In this document: piece after piece, positions 50,643 through 59,618 of the stretch
Layout of the letters: every line of letters begins with the position of its first letter
How positions within the stretch are numbered: the stretch's first letter is position 1
IMG/VR virus record: IMGVR_UViG_3300031722_000014
Direction: 5' to 3' (one strand)
Source of the DNA: an uncultured virus (IMG/VR IMGVR_UViG_3300031722_000014)
Taxonomy: Duplodnaviria > Heunggongvirae > Uroviricota > Caudoviricetes
Length of the DNA: 64,000 nt
The notes under the pieces: model-generated
The model's input: the letters and a program-made list of their open reading frames with translations, nothing else
Told to the model about the DNA's origin: nothing
The model's database searches: none
Translations under genes and position numbers: made by a program

Positions 50643-53600
50643 TATTTCAAATCTCCAAATAATTTAAATGTAGTAGAACTCTCAATTATTATTTGAGCCA
50701 CTCCATTTTGCGCGTTAATAATTACTTTACTTCCATCTGATTTTGCAGTAGTTCCAGAAACTCCAACACTCACTTGTGCTGCTCCATTCTGACAAATAAA
50801 GAACTGTTTCCCTGTGGTTAATCCGGTTGGGACTGTTACTACAATAGGAACTGTAGCGTGTTCGCAATTAAGCATAACATCCGAATCAGAATCTGCTAAA
50901 TTGAACGAAGCTGTTTTTTGAACGAACGTTATTAATTTATCTGATTTTGTTGTGTCTGCATAATGCGTATGATCCCCATATGCTGCAGTAGAGTGTGATG
51001 TTCCAAATCCAGGAAATGATACAAGACCAGAATACAATGAATTTGCTGCATTATCTCCAGTATTTGTTCCACTAGTATTTGCTAGTCTAGAATCTATTGT
51101 CGTAGTATAGCTAGCTGTTGTATTTGTAAGCACAGAAGTAATTGGTTGCTTCCCATTCAACTGTGTTTGTATAGAGCTAGTAGCGTCATTATAATACTGT
51201 TGATTATCTGTTTGATATCTTCTATTAGTAACCTCAGTAACGTTATTTGTAGTTACAGTCACCGCTCCAACTAGTCCATTTACCGATGTAACTTCATCTG
51301 AATTATCTGATTTTTCTGGGACTCCACTATCGTTATATATAAGCCAGTCTCCCTGTTTGAATGTAAGTCCAAATATAGTACCTCCGACTGAAACATCATA
51401 GACATTTCCTTTTTTGGTAACATCCGGATTTGTAAGCGTGGGTATATTTGTAGATGTATCCCATTGTCCTATATATTTAAGTAATGTGGATGGCAAATTT
51501 GCCAATGGAACTTTTCCTCCAGAATCAAGTGGCGCATAACCATTGCTTTGATTCTTATTAGATATACTTTCTGGAGTAAATCCTAAATACGATACTATTT
51601 CACTATTATTATAAGATGGTTTATTAGTCTGTTTTGCCCAAGAAGGTACTGTTGGATCTGTTTCTGATGTTAAAAACCCAGCTCCATTGGTTAATTGATT
51701 TGTATTAGTTGGTATTGTAGGCTTATTTAATATTCTAGCATCCCCACTAACGGCATTCCAGTCTGAATTAACATTTTGTTCTGCATTTGAAGGAGCGTGT
51801 GCAATTTGAGAGTGATCGTATGCCGTCTTTCCTCTATCTCCTCTATAAGCAGTAGTAGACGTCTCTCCAAGAGATATTCCTCCAGAAGTATTTATCTTTT
51901 CCTCTAGGAATTTCTTTGTAATAGAATTATCTTGATTTAAATCATCGTAGGTTAAAAAACTATCCATTCTAGGCAATTTATCTGCCACATTCTTTCTATA
52001 TTGTAAATTGTCAGAATAATTCTCCTGTACATATTGAATTGCATCTGCAACATTTATAGTACCAAATCCTCTATATATATCCCATTTAGATCCATCTGTA
52101 ACGCCAGCTCTATATGCAGTAGCCCTTGCAGCTTCTCTTATTATCTGCCAATTTGCTCCTGTTGATAATTTAATTGTCTTTAATTTTCCTCCAATCAAAG
52201 GAACTGCCCAACTCTGTTGTTGTGCTCCACAATAGCCTGCCAATGTAACATCTATCCAAATAACAAATTCGGTTGATTCAGATGGAGTAAATGCAGGGCT
52301 GCATCTAAAAGACTCTCCGTTTAATATTTCAGTAGCATAAGTCACCTCTTCATTATCCCCAATGTATCTTGTAAATTTATCTCCTACAACTATGTTTTGA
52401 GTAAAGTTAGTATATCTATATCCATATACGATTGTTCCTGTGACGTCCGTAGTCACTGCGGCGATATCACTTTTTAAATTCCTTTCTGGATAAAAAGGGT
52501 CAAGCGCCTCAGGCCTTAAATCTTCTGAAAATTCTAATCCGAATCCAAATGATGTTCCCTCTTGAGTGGTGGTATCGTTATTTCTTGCAGATACGGCAAT
52601 ACAGTCTGGTATAAATTCTAAAACAGAAACATCTATTACACTAATAGTACCTAACGGAAGTGAACTAGGTCTAGGAGTAATATCCATTTGTCTAAACACA
52701 TTATCAAAATGAGAAGTTATTGATAATACATTTGGATTTCCTGCGGATCCCATCCATTCAGAAGAATCTACATATGGGACTATTGTCATATTAGCATTAT
52801 ATTCTTCACAATATGTAGGTAAAAAATTTGGCCCGACGATAGCATAGTTGCTTATTGGATCTAAATAGCTTTTAATACAATCTATATCAATATCTATATT
52901 CTTACAAGCTGCTTTAATTATGATTTGATTCTTTTCGGAATGCCACCCATCATGCGCGTTATGATTATTTATTATATTCTCTCCTAGATTGTATAATTTA
53001 CTATCATATTTATTTATTCCGTCTACTACTGCATTATATTCTATCTTAATATAAGATATGTCGGCATTCTCAGATATCAACCCATCTGTATCTCTTAATA
53101 GAAACCCAGTACGGGTTGCTCCATTGAATGCATCAGCCGCCCTATAGTGAATAATAGGACTAAGACTGACAGTTCCATATCCAAATTCCGCCTCCAAATA
53201 AACGTCCTCAATAGAATACGTAGTGAAAACGATCGAGCTCGGCATCGATATCCATCCATCCTCCCATAAAATATCGTCTTTATCTATAGTAACAGAATAT
53301 TGCCTATTTATTGGACCAATTGAATTTAATGCGTTCTGAACAGCAGTACTAATAGGCTTATTTATATCGCTAGTATTATCTACATTTGACAGTCCAATAT
53401 CGCTTTTTACTAAATTGATTATGTTATTGACAAAATGCTTATTATTTATTACTAGACTAGATACGTCAATTCCCCCGCCAGATCCTTCTATAAAAATATT
53501 TCCAGATCCCAATATAGAGTTTCCATTAATAGTTTTTATAGTCTGCCCAGATATTAATTGTATCTGAAAGTCATTTAAACTTTTACCAGAATCCTTAATT

Positions 53601-53839
53601 AATTTTCCAGTATTTCCATCGAATGTGGCTACGTTATTGTTTTGAGAATATCCTGGTCCTATCACATCTGCATGATCCTCTTCCGGGCTTAGTCCGGCAA
53701 TAGGTTTCCAGTATATGCCATTCCAGAATTTAACGATAGAGCCGTTTGGATCTTCGGACATATCCATCCACAGTATTTCCCCATTTGGATATGGAGCAAT
53801 ATAGTCTGAAAATATTCGTATATTGGCTTTTGTATTCAT
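50642..53839 (-). CDS. Tail fibre protein, mosaic, with an embedded subtilisin-like domain
   Basis: Fibre repeats (IKTINGNSILGSGNI, GLSNVDNTSD.NKPISTA, LGETSTTAYRGDRGK, NGYAPLDSGGKVP, VTSVNG..GAV, SSIQTQLNGKQ). Confidence 0.8.
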   Translation of the reverse strand: MNTKANIRIFSDYIAPYPNGEILWMDMSEDPNGSIVKFWNGIYWKPIAGLSPEEDHADVIGPGYSQNNNVATFDGNTGKLIKDSGKSLNDFQIQLISGQTIKTINGNSILGSGNIFIEGSGGGIDVSSLVINNKHFVNNIINLVKSDIGLSNVDNTSDINKPISTAVQNALNSIGPINRQYSVTIDKDDILWEDGWISMPSSIVFTTYSIEDVYLEAEFGYGTVSLSPIIHYRAADAFNGATRTGFLLRDTDGLISENADISYIKIEYNAVVDGINKYDSKLYNLGENIINNHNAHDGWHSEKNQIIIKAACKNIDIDIDCIKSYLDPISNYAIVGPNFLPTYCEEYNANMTIVPYVDSSEWMGSAGNPNVLSITSHFDNVFRQMDITPRPSSLPLGTISVIDVSVLEFIPDCIAVSARNNDTTTQEGTSFGFGLEFSEDLRPEALDPFYPERNLKSDIAAVTTDVTGTIVYGYRYTNFTQNIVVGDKFTRYIGDNEEVTYATEILNGESFRCSPAFTPSESTEFVIWIDVTLAGYCGAQQQSWAVPLIGGKLKTIKLSTGANWQIIREAARATAYRAGVTDGSKWDIYRGFGTINVADAIQYVQENYSDNLQYRKNVADKLPRMDSFLTYDDLNQDNSITKKFLEEKINTSGGISLGETSTTAYRGDRGKTAYDHSQIAHAPSNAEQNVNSDWNAVSGDARILNKPTIPTNTNQLTNGAGFLTSETDPTVPSWAKQTNKPSYNNSEIVSYLGFTPESISNKNQSNGYAPLDSGGKVPLANLPSTLLKYIGQWDTSTNIPTLTNPDVTKKGNVYDVSVGGTIFGLTFKQGDWLIYNDSGVPEKSDNSDEVTSVNGLVGAVTVTTNNVTEVTNRRYQTDNQQYYNDATSSIQTQLNGKQPITSVLTNTTASYTTTIDSRLANTSGTNTGDNAANSLYSGLVSFPGFGTSHSTAAYGDHTHYADTTKSDKLITFVQKTASFNLADSDSDVMLNCEHATVPIVVTVPTGLTTGKQFFICQNGAAQVSVGVSGTTAKSDGSKVIINAQNGVAQIIIESSTTFKLFGDLK

Positions 53840-54073
53840 TTATTTTATTATATTTATTATCATTCCGATAGCGATACCAGATAATCCTGCTAGTAAATCA
53901 AACCAACTTGCTTCGTGGCCAGGTGTTTTGTAATCGTAATACTCTTTATATAGTGAAAATAATAAAGCAAACCCTGCACCAATAAAGTACCAATGCCCTA
54001 ATGTGGTTATAAAATAACACAAAAGAAAATGAAGTACTTTATCAGATTGCAGAAGTTTAAATAATCTTTCCAT
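53840..54073 (-). CDS. Small membrane protein (VanZ/DUF2279-like)
   Basis: DKVLHF...KEYYD...SWFDLLA.L.G with hydrophobic helices. Confidence 0.6.
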   Translation of the reverse strand: MERLFKLLQSDKVLHFLLCYFITTLGHWYFIGAGFALLFSLYKEYYDYKTPGHEASWFDLLAGLSGIAIGMIINIIK

Positions 54074-54080
54074 TATTCTT

Positions 54081-55475
54081 CTACAGGATGACGTTGTTAG
54101 TTACAGGGAAGTCATAGAATTCAGCAACAATTCCACCATCTGATGACTTCCAACTCCCATCAGAAGGGTAATTCAATTTTATGATTGCTCCTGATGTAGC
54201 ATTTTCATTAAATCCAACGTACACTAAATTCGCTACAGCACTTTCCCATGCAATACTAACTTGTCCGTTAACTCCGACCATATAAAGAGGTTGTGGGGTG
54301 TTATCCTCCATATTCTTATCAAACTCTAACGTAATTTGTGAGCCATCTTCATTAGTGTAAGCATCAAGTAATTGAGGAGGAGATGTTACATTATTAGTTA
54401 CAGGAATATTTTCAAACGGTTGAAGTAAACCGTAATCAAGGGATTCAATTGACACACTACCATCAAAACCAACAAATGGATTTGGGTTATCAAGAGAAAC
54501 AACTCCGTCTATCAAACTTATTATAATCGTATTATCAATAACACTAAATACTATATTACTTGATGATACATTATTTAAACCACTAAACGTAATTGCATTT
54601 ACAAATTCAGATAGATTGTACCCACTCATTTTCTTACTAAATGTAAGAATAACCTTATCACCTGTAGTATTAGTTTCAGCACTAACTAAAACAGGAGGTG
54701 CACCACGTAGGCGCTGTTTGATTGAGATAGGATAATCAGTAATATCTCCACTATCACCATTGGATATGATAATTATTCCCGAATCTTTTGAATAATGTAT
54801 AAAAGTATCCGAACTATTGTTGGAATCTTGTTTAGAGCCAATATAAGTCATTAGTTTATAATCAAAACTTATGTTGGCATTTATGTCTGGGGAGTTATTA
54901 ACCCAATCAATCTTTAAATAATTACGTTCATCAGCATTAAGTACACGTGCTACAGGCGCATCTGTACCACTTTGTGTAAGTAGTGCTTCATAATGTAAAA
55001 AGTCAGGAACTACCTTATTAACGTCAAGGTACACTTCCATAGTAGTACCATTGAAGCGATAACGTTCAAAAGTAGTAGGATGTACAAAAATTGTATTTTG
55101 ACTGATTGGAATGGAGGGGATATTTTCATTTTGGTATGAATCATTCCAATAACTCCTATTTCCCATAAGGTAACAAAACGTCAAATTTTCTTCGACTAAC
55201 TTAGAAATACCAACGGACACAACGTTTAATTCTTCACCACTATATACAACGTATAATTGACCAGTAGCAGTGGGTATTTCTGAATCACTTTCTCCGCGCC
55301 AATAATCTACCAAAAGGAAATCAAGTTTGGGTTTATTTATAAGATTCTCTATATCAGCCTTTGATGCAGGAACAATAATATTACCTTTCTCATCTCTGAT
55401 CATTAACGCTCCGTCGGGGCCACTATTAAATAGGATATTTATATTATCCATTTCGTTTGTATTATATATTCCCAT
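54081..55475 (-). CDS. Putative fibre/decoration protein with two SwmB-like Ig-type repeats
   Basis: PPVLVSAETNTTGDKVILTFSKKM...PVTNNV and PPQLLDAYTNEDGSQITLEFDKNM...PVTNNV; YEALLTQSGTDAP. Confidence 0.65.
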   Translation of the reverse strand: MGIYNTNEMDNINILFNSGPDGALMIRDEKGNIIVPASKADIENLINKPKLDFLLVDYWRGESDSEIPTATGQLYVVYSGEELNVVSVGISKLVEENLTFCYLMGNRSYWNDSYQNENIPSIPISQNTIFVHPTTFERYRFNGTTMEVYLDVNKVVPDFLHYEALLTQSGTDAPVARVLNADERNYLKIDWVNNSPDINANISFDYKLMTYIGSKQDSNNSSDTFIHYSKDSGIIIISNGDSGDITDYPISIKQRLRGAPPVLVSAETNTTGDKVILTFSKKMSGYNLSEFVNAITFSGLNNVSSSNIVFSVIDNTIIISLIDGVVSLDNPNPFVGFDGSVSIESLDYGLLQPFENIPVTNNVTSPPQLLDAYTNEDGSQITLEFDKNMEDNTPQPLYMVGVNGQVSIAWESAVANLVYVGFNENATSGAIIKLNYPSDGSWKSSDGGIVAEFYDFPVTNNVIL

Positions 55476-55476
55476 A

Positions 55477-55908
55477 TTATACTATTTCTATTGTTACTTC
55501 TTCTCCATCTGTAATAGCTAATTCTATTTTTTCAAATAGATTATCAAAGCAGATTTTAGAGTTTATTACTTTTCCTATTTCCTTATTTTGTCCAACCAAC
55601 AGACATCCATGCGTATCTTCAGCAGTGTTTCCTGGATGAATTCTTATACCTTCAAAGCCCGGAACGTCTAACAGTAAAGGTAAATTCCTTTTAAACCTAT
55701 TAGAATAAGTAATAATAATCTTATATGTTCCATATGGTATTGCAGTTTTACCAAATATCTTGCCTTCTCCGGCGTCGGTTAGATCACCATCTTTATTGAA
55801 GTCTCTCACTTCATCCTCTAAAATGTCACAAAAATATGTGTCATTTATAGATAACTTACTTATAGTGTAGGTAGGCTTAAGTGCCACTCTTTTTGATTTT
55901 AATTTCAT
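55477..55908 (-). CDS. DUF5675-family protein (putative endolysin / L,D-transpeptidase-like)
   Basis: CDILED, TAIPYGTY, VPGFEGIRIHPGNT..DT.GCLLVG; follows holin-like genes. Confidence 0.8.
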   Translation of the reverse strand: MKLKSKRVALKPTYTISKLSINDTYFCDILEDEVRDFNKDGDLTDAGEGKIFGKTAIPYGTYKIIITYSNRFKRNLPLLLDVPGFEGIRIHPGNTAEDTHGCLLVGQNKEIGKVINSKICFDNLFEKIELAITDGEEVTIEIV

Positions 55909-56042
55909 GTTCTTTTTATTTATATGTATATACTAACCATAAACCCCTCTTTTTGGTAAACGAGTAAAATGAACTTATTGTTTATACCTAATTGTTATTT
56001 TAACGTATATTTTTGAATATATTTTAAATAATATCATTTTAT

Positions 56043-56168
56043 GCCTAAATAAGGCTAGTAGAGGCCTATATAAGCCTGTTTAAGACACTTTCTTCATAAA
56101 TATGATAAACTTATCCAAATAAAGTTTGACTGTCTTAAATGCACTTTAAAATGCGTTAAATCGTATAT
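56043..56168. repeat. Dispersed bipartite phased DNA motif, copy B (intergenic)
   Basis: TTTAAGACAC (56079-56088) ... TGTCTTAAA (56131-56139) inverted core; right arm TTAAATGC/TTTAAAATGC/GTTAAATCG at ~11-bp period. Confidence 0.7.
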
Positions 56169-56172
56169 AAAC

Positions 56173-56205
56173 AAAAAGCGCGCCACTGATGGCCAGTAGT
56201 GCGCT
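56173..56205 (-). terminator. Intrinsic terminator after the holin-like genes
   Basis: Minus strand AGCGCACTACTG-GCCAT-CAGTGGCGCGCT followed by TTTT. Confidence 0.7.
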
Positions 56206-56228
56206 AACTGTATAAAATATATTCTATT

Positions 56229-56549
56229 TTAAATTTTTTGTATTGCCTTTAGTATTTCAAGTTTAAAGTCATAGAAACTATTTGTCATTGCCCCAAGTAA
56301 ATTCATGATCTCTTTGTGATCCATTCTATTTTCTTGCTTATCTCGCATAGTTATGTCTTTAAGTTCTTTTATGTCGTCTGTATTTTTTACCTTATGCTCT
56401 TCCATGTCGCTTTTAATCGACAAAAGATCTTTAGCATTCTCAGCTATCTTGACGTTTAAATTGATAAATACAGTTCCTATTGCAGCCGCATTCGCAATTA
56501 GTATTCCTAGTGCTGCTAATAAAAATTGGGGCTCTAAAACTATTCCCAT
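56229..56549 (-). CDS. Holin/antiholin-like protein (1 TM plus coiled coil)
   Basis: N-terminal hydrophobic helix; in the lysis cluster. Confidence 0.55.
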   Translation of the reverse strand: MGIVLEPQFLLAALGILIANAAAIGTVFINLNVKIAENAKDLLSIKSDMEEHKVKNTDDIKELKDITMRDKQENRMDHKEIMNLLGAMTNSFYDFKLEILKAIQKI

Positions 56550-56553
56550 TACA

Positions 56554-56850
56554 TTACTCCTCTCTTGTTTCTATATTAGTAGTACTAACAGTACCTTTTG
56601 TTCCCATTTTCTTTGAATAAGAAAATCCTGCAATCGCTCCAGCTATTACACCGGCGGCAGCACTCCCTAGTATTACTAAAGATTGCCCCATATCTCCATC
56701 TACAATAAATAATGCAACGGTATCAGCTATAAATGCCACGCATCCAGTAATTAGTGCTATAAAAGAACCAAACTTACTACCAGATGTTTTACCATTTGAA
56801 TTACTCATTGCTTCCGGAAATGAAAATTTTGATGGATCTAATTTATTCAT
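56554..56850 (-). CDS. Holin-like protein (2 TM)
   Basis: SNGKTSGSKF followed by two hydrophobic helices and a charged tail. Confidence 0.6.
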   Translation of the reverse strand: MNKLDPSKFSFPEAMSNSNGKTSGSKFGSFIALITGCVAFIADTVALFIVDGDMGQSLVILGSAAAGVIAGAIAGFSYSKKMGTKGTVSTTNIETREE

Positions 56851-56945
56851 TTTAAAAACCTATTAATCATCATTAAACCTCTTAGACTTCTATCAATTTT
56901 TTTCATTTTATTAATATGTAAAATTTAGTAAATATAGAGTTAATA

Positions 56946-57842
56946 TTAAACTGTATACTTACTAAGTATTTGCCAACCAAGTAAACCATCCGAAACAACC
57001 ACTATTGCATTATTTTTTGCTAAAGCATATGATGACGAGGTAGTATAATCACTACCATCCAATGTATTTGCTTCTGCGGATAAATTATAGGATGTTTTAA
57101 TATTAATATTGCTTGCCGTTGTATGAATGTTTTTAATTGTATATGTTTTCCCAGCTCCAACAATATCTGCCACTGGAAGTGTTAAAGTATTGTTTGTTTC
57201 CTCGCATAAGAGTATTTCGTCGGATATACTCACTTCAGACGAAGCAGTAGAAATAAATCTAACCTCTTTAACTAACCCATAATTACCTACTCCATTGATG
57301 AGAACATCATTTTTTCCAGTAAGACTAACTATATTTATTCCGCTAACTAAAGATAATGTTGGATTTCCATAATCGCCAGGAGCAACTATAACTGTAGTAC
57401 GAACTGATTTAGCTTCTGCTTCTGCATTTACCCCAGTTATTTCAATGCTCTCTGAAGCAGATACACCCATTCCCGTTTTAGTAGCTATTACATAAATGTT
57501 TGGACCTTGATAGTAAAATGTTTGTCCTTTATATATTGTAGTATCGTTTAAGGTTCCAGATACACCTAAATATCTAGGCATAGTCTTAGCAACTTCATAA
57601 ACTGCTTGTAATTCTACTGCATTTTCAGTTGGAGTACCTGTACCATAAACCATTACATAGTTGTTACCATTTAATTCTGGAGCAGGAGGAGTATTATCAA
57701 TTAATGGAGTATATTCAGTTCCATTCCAGTATTTTAAAGATGATCCATAAGGATCTGTTTGCAAGTCAACCCAATACGAGTTTACGTTTTCTGCTGGCTG
57801 AGTAGTACCAGCGTATATATTTACAATTGATTTATTATTCAT
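56946..57842 (-). CDS. Fibre-like structural protein
   Basis: N-terminal W.D...DP.GS.LKYWNG anchor; C-terminal TLP.A...GKTYTIK...VVSDG..W module. Confidence 0.65.
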   Translation of the reverse strand: MNNKSIVNIYAGTTQPAENVNSYWVDLQTDPYGSSLKYWNGTEYTPLIDNTPPAPELNGNNYVMVYGTGTPTENAVELQAVYEVAKTMPRYLGVSGTLNDTTIYKGQTFYYQGPNIYVIATKTGMGVSASESIEITGVNAEAEAKSVRTTVIVAPGDYGNPTLSLVSGINIVSLTGKNDVLINGVGNYGLVKEVRFISTASSEVSISDEILLCEETNNTLTLPVADIVGAGKTYTIKNIHTTASNINIKTSYNLSAEANTLDGSDYTTSSSYALAKNNAIVVVSDGLLGWQILSKYTV

Positions 57843-57873
57843 ATTGTTTATTTAGTTTAGGAGTTGACTCCAA

Positions 57874-58638
57874 TTAATTTAATTTATACCAAGAAGTTCC
57901 GTTGCTAACAACAGTAATTGATTCGTTATTATCTAGAAATAATATTCCTTCGTTAGTAGTAGTATCAATTCCATCTATTAACGATACTGATGCTAATCTA
58001 ACCTCTGAATATATATTTAGAACATCTCCATTATTCACTGACTCTGGTTTATCATATGCCAATGTAACTGTCTCCGCGTTTACGGTATCTATAATATTGT
58101 AATATTTAAATCCACCTCTAACGAAGTATATAGATTCTCCGCCCGTAAATAATGTGTTCAAGGCTGGAGACCAACCCTCTCTTGTAAGTGTTCTAATTGC
58201 AGAGAAATGACATTGAACTGGAGTTATATTATTTATGGATTTAATTGTATATTTTTTGTTTTGGCTAATAGTGGCTGACGGAAGTGTTATTTTCTTTGCG
58301 CCATCTATTAATACTATATCATCAGATGATCCAAGAGTAGTATTAGTTGTTTTAGTGGTAACATTAACTTCAGAGGAACTATTTTCTAACGCAGTTATTC
58401 TCTCTACAGCATATCCCAATGAACTTTCAATGGACTCTATTGTAGACATAGAATCTCCTGTTATAGAGTTCTTTGTATCTTGAAGTTGTTGGGTAGTAGC
58501 CATTCCGGCCGTAAGCACACTAGGAGCAAGTAATTTGTTCTCTATTGGGTTAATACCATCTATTACTGGTATCTTTGTTGATCCACTAATGGCATTAATA
58601 GAATCCCATTGAGACCACATTTTATTTTCTATATTCAT
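57874..58638 (-). CDS. Fibre-like structural protein
   Basis: Short coiled coil then TLPSA....KKYTIK...ESITVVSNGTSWY module. Confidence 0.65.
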   Translation of the reverse strand: MNIENKMWSQWDSINAISGSTKIPVIDGINPIENKLLAPSVLTAGMATTQQLQDTKNSITGDSMSTIESIESSLGYAVERITALENSSSEVNVTTKTTNTTLGSSDDIVLIDGAKKITLPSATISQNKKYTIKSINNITPVQCHFSAIRTLTREGWSPALNTLFTGGESIYFVRGGFKYYNIIDTVNAETVTLAYDKPESVNNGDVLNIYSEVRLASVSLIDGIDTTTNEGILFLDNNESITVVSNGTSWYKLN

Positions 58639-58645
58639 ATTTTAT

Positions 58646-58972
58646 TTATTGAAGTCTCATTAATGTATCATTCTCAGCCAACATATATCCAGATCCATAT
58701 TCCATAGACATATAGTTATTGGAAGAGTATTCATGTACGCTGTTTTCAATTACTATATTTTTATTGTTAGTAATCATATGGGTTAATATATTCTCTATAT
58801 GTCTAACTTGATCATATTCATAATCTCTGTCATTCATATAGTCTATACTTTTTTTTGCACCTAAAATAGCTATTGCATATTGCATGTTTTCTATTTGGTT
58901 TTCAGTGCTAAATGATAGTATATTATATATATGATTAGCAAAATTCTTTATTGTATTTCGTATATCTAACAT
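58646..58972 (-). CDS. Hypothetical (probable virion) protein
   Basis: 108-aa ORF in the structural operon. Confidence 0.65.
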   Translation of the reverse strand: MLDIRNTIKNFANHIYNILSFSTENQIENMQYAIAILGAKKSIDYMNDRDYEYDQVRHIENILTHMITNNKNIVIENSVHEYSSNNYMSMEYGSGYMLAENDTLMRLQ

Positions 58973-58973
58973 A

Positions 58974-59555
58974 TTATCTGTTGTTGTTTATCGACTCTAG
59001 ACTAAATTCTCTGAATCCAAGTCCACATATAGACAATAATTTCTTATAATATATGTCTGCTATATCAATATTTTCCATATCACATGAATGAATTATCATC
59101 TGTTCTAGGAAGGTAAACTCAGTCATTTTTTTATCGAACTTATTATATATACCATTATCATTAAATATGCTATATAACTTTATTCTATAAGAATATAATT
59201 CATCTAAATCACATATAGAGATCTCGTCACTACCATGAACTAACGATGTGGTTATTATGTTGGTTATTCCTTTTGTATCAAAAGAAGGATCTGATGTAAC
59301 AAATGGAAGTATATCATCAAGATTAATTACTACAGAATAGAATCCATTAGAATCGGTTGTAGATGGAAATGAAATTAGATCATTATTGTCATTGATATGA
59401 TATAATACAAAATCATCTATATTTATATGTTTTCTTTTTAAAGTAATATAAAAATTACCAGAATCGTATGGAGCGCCAGATATATTGTCATTATATAATT
59501 CAACTACTAATATATTGGATTTCTTCGAGAAGTATGCTTTTTGTATTGTTATCAT
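58974..59555 (-). CDS. Hypothetical (probable virion/fibre hub) protein
   Basis: 193-aa ORF in the structural operon. Confidence 0.7.
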   Translation of the reverse strand: MITIQKAYFSKKSNILVVELYNDNISGAPYDSGNFYITLKRKHINIDDFVLYHINDNNDLISFPSTTDSNGFYSVVINLDDILPFVTSDPSFDTKGITNIITTSLVHGSDEISICDLDELYSYRIKLYSIFNDNGIYNKFDKKMTEFTFLEQMIIHSCDMENIDIADIYYKKLLSICGLGFREFSLESINNNR

Positions 59556-59565
59556 ATTATATATT

Positions 59566-59595
59566 AAAAAAGGGGAGGCTTTAACACCGCCCCTT
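59566..59595 (-). terminator. Intrinsic terminator after the auxiliary capsid gene
   Basis: Minus strand AAGGGGCGG-TGTTAAAG-CCTCCCCTT-TTTT. Confidence 0.7.
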
Positions 59596-59618
59596 AATTA
59601 TTAATTAGTATTACTTAA

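Noticed and set aside
50642..58638. Diversity-generating retroelement or invertible fibre cassette
   Set aside because: No reverse transcriptase, recombinase, or TR/VR-like near-identical repeat pair seen in the window.
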